DNA from: an uncultured Oligoflexus sp.
GTDB lineage: Bacteria > Bdellovibrionota_B > Oligoflexia > Oligoflexales > Oligoflexaceae
Direction: 5' to 3'
Assembly: GCA_964236955.1 (NCBI GenBank)
Contig: CAXSGP010000038.1
Location: forward strand, 1 to 11,881
Length of the DNA: 11,881 nucleotides
Shown in pieces: positions 7,920 through 11,881 of this stretch. The translations under genes were made by a program, and so were the position numbers. Numbering within the stretch: the first letter of the stretch is position 1; each line of letters begins with the position of its first letter. A model generated the notes under the pieces. That model did no database searches and was not told where the DNA came from. It saw only the letters and a list, made by a program, of their open reading frames with translations.

Positions 7920-8157
7920 GCCAAACCGCAGGCGTTGATCGGTCTTGGTCCGACTATTGTACTAATAAAATCAATTGTTTAACTATGGTTGCGATCCTTT
8001 TTTAAGAGGGTCGAAGGCCGCGATGACCTTGTGCAATTTGGGTAGGCGCGGATCCTTGAATCCGCCTTGGATTGTGTAATGGCGGAGACTGTTGTAGAAA
8101 GCCTTATTGCGGTCGGGCAGTACAATGAACGGCCTTAGTCATTTAGGGAAAATAATC

Positions 8158-8898
8158 ATGCTTTCAACATCCCATCAAGACCTTAAGGCTAACATCATCG
8201 TCGCATGTCTCGAGATATTTCCAGAAGCGAAGTGTGTGTTGCTCTGGGGTGGCAGTCTCACTTCCGATTTTTCCCCGGCAGTGAATGACGTCGACGTCAT
8301 AATCGAAATCGATTTGGACTTTAGTCAGGAAGTGCTGCTGGCCGAACGGCTGAAATCACTCATAGTCCTCACCAGCTTTTGCAAACTTGACCCTTTCGTT
8401 TATCTGACGGAAGGCAAGGCCGATGAACCACTGGAATTCATCGCGCCCTTTGGCTTCTACAAGGCAAATCCCTTCATCCCCTATCTCATTCAACAGCAGC
8501 ATCAGGTGATTTATGGCCAAAGTCGTTTGCTCGAAAAACTACCTCCAGGTTCGCTTGCTGCGGCCCTCAGCGGAATAATGCCAGCAGCAATGGGCGCCTT
8601 AAAGCGCCTGCGGATGGATATGCAATCGGAAGGGTCCTGGACACCCTTGGCCGCCAAGCATAAGGCCTCTCTCTTTGTTGTCACGCGGACCTACTTTGCC
8701 TTCGAGCAGGGCGCTATCGGTTCTAAGAAAGAATCCCTGCGGTTCCTCGCCAGGAAATTTCCTCGGTTTCAATCCGTGGTCGACCAACTTTGGATGACGC
8801 TGGAACCCGAGTCAAAGACTCCCGACCAGGAGCCTGCCGTTGAAATCGTGCTCGATTTTGTCAAGACTCTTGAGCAATACTTCGTCAGTAAAAGGTAA
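8158..8898 (+). CDS. Pol-beta-superfamily nucleotidyltransferase with an AadA/ANT-like helical C-terminal domain (DUF4111-like)
   Basis: LLWGGSLTSDFSPAVNDVDVII fits hG[GS]x9-13DhD. C-terminal TRTYFAFEQGAIGSKKESLRFL resembles the R...G.I.SK..A pattern of the AadA C-domain. ATG at 8158 has SD AGGGA 8 nt upstream and is preferred over TTG at 8107. Confidence 0.75.
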   Translation: MLSTSHQDLKANIIVACLEIFPEAKCVLLWGGSLTSDFSPAVNDVDVIIEIDLDFSQEVLLAERLKSLIVLTSFCKLDPFVYLTEGKADEPLEFIAPFGFYKANPFIPYLIQQQHQVIYGQSRLLEKLPPGSLAAALSGIMPAAMGALKRLRMDMQSEGSWTPLAAKHKASLFVVTRTYFAFEQGAIGSKKESLRFLARKFPRFQSVVDQLWMTLEPESKTPDQEPAVEIVLDFVKTLEQYFVSKR

Positions 8899-8922
8899 AG
8901 TTAAAGGAGCGGCGACCGATAT
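8896..8922 (+). promoter_or_regulatory. sigma28/FliA-like promoter motif
   Basis: TAAA-N15-ACCGATAT against the consensus TAAA-N15-GCCGATAA. It overlaps the NTase stop codon and has no obvious downstream gene. Confidence 0.35.
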
Positions 8923-9226
8923 CGGCCATTCCGAGTCGCTTATCTTTTTCTGATTGAATCTTGTGATGACAGAGCTGCCCCTGATCAACGCGAGGCCAAG
9001 TGTCAAAGCTTCCCCTCCCGGCAAGGCCGTCCCATCAAACTCCTCGCCATGCAAAATCCTTCGAAATGCCAGACCTTGACCGAAGATCGGGACCCAATCA
9101 AGAGCTTTGATATCGTCAAAAAATAGGAGAAAACCTGCAAAAAAATCGCTGGCAATGAAAGGAAGTCATCGCTACGCGACGGGGCGAAGAGTGGGAGGAG
9201 AGAGGAATAAACAGACCTTCAAGTCT

Positions 9227-9628
9227 TCAGGCCCCGAGTGGGGGACGAACCGGTGGCGCTGCTTCCTCGAGGAGCGCGGCGATCGATAATTCCTGCAGAT
9301 GCAGAAGATGTTTCGTAAGGATTTCGCTTTCGCTCGGGTCCATGGTGCCGATCGACGTCTCTATTTTGGCTAGGAATCCGCTCAAGCGCGAGACGCCCAG
9401 GTTGGAGCAGATGCCTTTGAGTTTGTGGGCGAGGAGAATGGATTCGGAGACACGATACGCATCAATCGCTGCAAGGAGTCGAGTCAGGACAGAAGGCGTG
9501 GAGCGGCAATACATTTCAATGAGTTCCGCTAAAAATATACCTTGGTTCTCGTCAAGCGAACGAAGGATCGCCACCCTATCCTGATCTAGGATGGGCGCTA
9601 AAGGAGCGTCATCTATAGAGCTTGCCAT
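9227..9628 (-). CDS. Stand-alone Hpt (histidine phosphotransfer) domain protein
   Basis: 133 aa, helical, with AHKLKGICSNLG matching the HxLKGxxxxxG phospho-acceptor motif. Starts 20 nt after the response regulator stop. Confidence 0.9.
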   Translation of the reverse strand: MASSIDDAPLAPILDQDRVAILRSLDENQGIFLAELIEMYCRSTPSVLTRLLAAIDAYRVSESILLAHKLKGICSNLGVSRLSGFLAKIETSIGTMDPSESEILTKHLLHLQELSIAALLEEAAPPVRPPLGA

Positions 9629-9648
9629 GGCGGATTCCAGAGTCGATG

Positions 9649-10374
9649 TTAAACGGCTGATTTTTTTAAGCTTTCATCGGCCTTTTCAATGCCATGCACA
9701 AAGCTCAAACGAATGCCTTTGCGGTAGACTGATTGAATGACACAAATTGAACCTATATCGGCGAAGGCTTTACGGATGTCGGATATCTTTCGATCCAAGG
9801 TGTTTTCGGCTACAGCGATTCGTCCCCATAGCCTTTGTTTCAGCTCATCGCGCGAGACAACGAGATCACGTTGCTCGATGAGGAGCGCGAGGAGCTGGGT
9901 CTCTAATTTTGGCAGGTATGACAGCTGATTTCCCTTGCTTATCAAGGCCTGGCCCGGGCTAAAGGAGATATCGCCTATCTCAATAACATCATGCTTTCGG
10001 CGGGCACCCATTTCGAGGATACGGGCATGCAGGCGGCCGGTGAGTTCAACGGGATTGATGGGTTTACGAATAAAATCGTTGGCGCCCAAAGCCAGAGCTT
10101 CGCCGATAAGGTTGTCCTTAAGGTCGCTGGTCACGACGATGACAGGTGAAAATGGCCAGATCTTGCGTAATTCGGGAATGTGTTTGAGGCCTGATTCCTC
10201 GGTGTCCAGATGCACGTCGATGAAGGCGGCTACGGGATCAAAAGAGTTGGCTTTGTTCAAGAGCGCCTCGGCCGTGGCGAAAGGCAATGAGGGAATACCG
10301 GTGACCTGAGCAATGATTTTGCTGATGCTGGCGTCATCGTCAAGGGTGATCGTGTATCGTTTCGGTATCTCCAT
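9649..10374 (-). CDS. OmpR/PhoB-family response regulator (receiver + winged HTH)
   Basis: 241 aa. Receiver residues LDDD, FID (phospho-Asp), VVTS and RKP. wHTH pattern LVVSRDEL...LW...ENTLDRKISDIRK...IQSVYRKG. Confidence 0.92.
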   Translation of the reverse strand: MEIPKRYTITLDDDASISKIIAQVTGIPSLPFATAEALLNKANSFDPVAAFIDVHLDTEESGLKHIPELRKIWPFSPVIVVTSDLKDNLIGEALALGANDFIRKPINPVELTGRLHARILEMGARRKHDVIEIGDISFSPGQALISKGNQLSYLPKLETQLLALLIEQRDLVVSRDELKQRLWGRIAVAENTLDRKISDIRKAFADIGSICVIQSVYRKGIRLSFVHGIEKADESLKKSAV

Positions 10375-10409
10375 GGAGGGATCCCTGTCTTGGCGTTAGT
10401 GATGCAAAG

Positions 10410-10436
10410 GTTTCGGTTCCGGCGATATTAAGTTTA
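10410..10436 (-). promoter_or_regulatory. sigma28/FliA-like promoter for the RR-Hpt operon
   Basis: Minus strand reads TAAA-CTTAATATCGCCGGA(15 nt)-ACCGAAAC, ending 35 nt before the RR ATG. Confidence 0.45.
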
Positions 10437-10646
10437 GAATACATGTCGACGGCGCTTCCGACGCCATCCGATAAGTATTTGATTCAACTTCTGAAGTAGG
10501 GAGTATTTAGCTGGGCTGAAAACCTGATTTGTGGGAACGGAATGAGCTAGGAATCCCAGCAATGCTGAGCGGCGGTGGGCTTGGTTAAAGCGGCCTGCAG
10601 ATGGCAAAACAGGCCTCTTCCCTTCTGAGCTCCGAACGCGGGGCGG

Positions 10647-11093
10647 TCATTCCTCTCCACTGGTTTCATCAGTGGCTTCAGCCCCGCCGGTATCAACTTC
10701 CTCGTCGGCGGCTGTAGACTTTCCAACTTTTGCTAAGAGGGCCTCACACTTTCGTGCGGCCTCGTCAGCCGATACTTTGACGACCTCTCCGTCGGCATTT
10801 AAGGTCTTATTGTAGTAAGTATAGGTATAAACATTGGGATCATCATTCTCTTTGTCCACAAAGCTATCGCAGACTTTGATGGCCTTTGCGGTTTCATCAC
10901 CAACCGGTATTTTTGCTGGGCATTTACCGGTCACGTAGTCTTTGCCTAAAAGTGATGCTTCGATCGGCTGGGGCAGCTTGACCTGAATGCAGCCGACTTC
11001 TGATATGTTTGAGAACTCATAGTATTTATCTAATGTGGATTTACCGCAACCTATGCAGGCAAGGGTGGTAAGCACGATCAATACCTTCTTCAT
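10647..11093 (-). CDS. Small lipoprotein of unknown function
   Basis: 148 aa. MKKVLIVLTTLACIG-C lipoprotein-type signal, four further Cys and an acidic C-terminal tail. SD GGAG is 7 nt before the ATG. Confidence 0.8.
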   Translation of the reverse strand: MKKVLIVLTTLACIGCGKSTLDKYYEFSNISEVGCIQVKLPQPIEASLLGKDYVTGKCPAKIPVGDETAKAIKVCDSFVDKENDDPNVYTYTYYNKTLNADGEVVKVSADEAARKCEALLAKVGKSTAADEEVDTGGAEATDETSGEE

Positions 11094-11525
11094 GGCAATA
11101 CTCCGGATTGAAATCAGCAGCCGACAACTTTGGTTATGCCAAGGCTATTGCGAAATTGCGCCCAAACTTCGAAATCTTAATAAGCCTTTGGATCTTTTGA
11201 GCTTATGGGCATGAGTAAACAGGGATCCTCTGCTTAAAGTTTTGACAGTGTTTTTGGATTATTCAAAATCACGATAATGATAGCGGCGGCATCAGTTCGG
11301 CCTTCATCACCCGTGCGGAACGAAAGAGCGTCTGGGTTCCCTTTGCCTACATCCCAGGGCCTATAATCGTATCGAGATGAAATTCACCTCGCGCATCAAA
11401 ACGGTGGCGACTGTCTCGAGTCTGAGTATTATTTTTTGTCGGTAGGCAAAATTTTCAAGCGTTAACCTGGACGAGCAAAGCCCAGACGGCTTTTTATCGG
11501 CTAACTGTCTCTAAGGAGTAGGAAC

Positions 11526-11881
11526 GTGCTCAAACCTAAAGCCCGTGCTGTCAAATTATTTACCTTCGCTGCTTTGTTTTTGGCCTGCAGTGAAGCGAAT
11601 TTCCAATCGGGACCCGTGCGTCCTGTTGAAAAGGCCGGCAGTTCTGATGCTGGAGAAGATCCCAGTGAAGGGGCTCATGACAAGCCGCAGCCAGCCGAGT
11701 CTCCTGCCGAGACGGTCGACGCTTCGACTGCTGCACCTTCCCCTCCCCCGTCGCCAAGCCCCGAGCCTGAATTAACCCCCGTCGAAGAGACCTTCATTCA
11801 GCAGGGACAAAACGGTCTCGTCGATATCGCCATCGTCATCGATGATTCAGGGTCGATGCAGGAAGAGCAAAACAATCTTTC
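11526..11881 (+). CDS. VWA-domain lipoprotein, 5' part (runs off the window)
   Basis: Manual translation from GTG 11526 (SD AAGGAG at 11513-11518): MLKPKARAVKLFTFAALFLAC-SEANF...PSPPPSPSPEPEL...VDIAIVIDDSGSMQEEQNNL. It contains a lipobox, a Pro/Ser linker and the MIDAS DxSxS motif, with no stop before the window end. Confidence 0.88.
   Translation, partial: MLKPKARAVKLFTFAALFLACSEANFQSGPVRPVEKAGSSDAGEDPSEGAHDKPQPAESPAETVDASTAAPSPPPSPSPEPELTPVEETFIQQGQNGLVDIAIVIDDSGSMQEEQNNL

Noticed and set aside
5707..8898. Patatin plus nucleotidyltransferase as a CBASS-like (CapV + CD-NTase) defence system
   Set aside because: The genes are divergent and separated by an OMP. The NTase is short and AadA-like rather than CD-NTase-like, the patatin resembles housekeeping NTE/RssA types, and no cap2/cap3 or other defence genes are present.
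11445..11495. c-di-GMP-I riboswitch-like words (GGCAAA...GGACGAGCAAAGCC) with a weak terminator-like hairpin before the VWA gene
   Set aside because: There is no paired P2 stem with a GNRA loop between the words and no P3 stem. The hairpin AAAGCC/GGCTTT has only 3 GC pairs. An Infernal search with the c-di-GMP-I model would settle it.
11494..11501. Perfect sigma28 -10 box GCCGATAA on the minus strand
   Set aside because: The -35 position reads TACT rather than TAAA, and the site is about 400 nt from the next minus-strand gene.
384..11775. Numerous short overlapping or antisense ORFs in the track (e.g. 4094-4528, 4683-5222, 6776-7198, 7350-7733, 9935-10309, 11545-11775)
   Set aside because: They overlap well-supported genes and lack motifs, consistent with shadow ORFs.
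1..11881. CRISPR arrays, tRNA/rRNA genes, IS elements, prophage genes
   Set aside because: By eye I saw no regularly spaced direct repeats, cloverleaf or T-loop signatures, or transposase, integrase or phage-like ORFs.

Overview
An ordinary-looking bacterial chromosomal segment of roughly 50% GC, with ten supportable protein-coding genes in mixed orientations and long (0.2-0.7 kb) intergenic gaps. In order: a secreted metzincin-type zinc protease (-); a 7TM-anchored class III adenylate cyclase (+); a stand-alone CoA-acylating aldehyde dehydrogenase (+); a patatin-like phospholipase (-); a putative outer-membrane beta-barrel (+); an AadA/ANT-like nucleotidyltransferase (+); an Hpt protein and an OmpR-family response regulator (both -); a small Cys-rich lipoprotein (-); and the 5' end of a VWA-domain lipoprotein (+) that the ORF track missed. 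The gene mix resembles Bdellovibrionota/Oligoflexia or related deltaproteobacteria-like lineages, which is inference only. I found no rRNA, tRNA, CRISPR array or mobile element, and no convincing novel multi-gene system. The best leads are modest: an aldehyde dehydrogenase with altered conserved motifs and a 19-bp hairpin upstream; a kinase-less RR-Hpt pair behind a sigma28-like promoter; and a pseudo-palindromic motif plus GG-N10-GC element shared upstream of two exported-protein genes.
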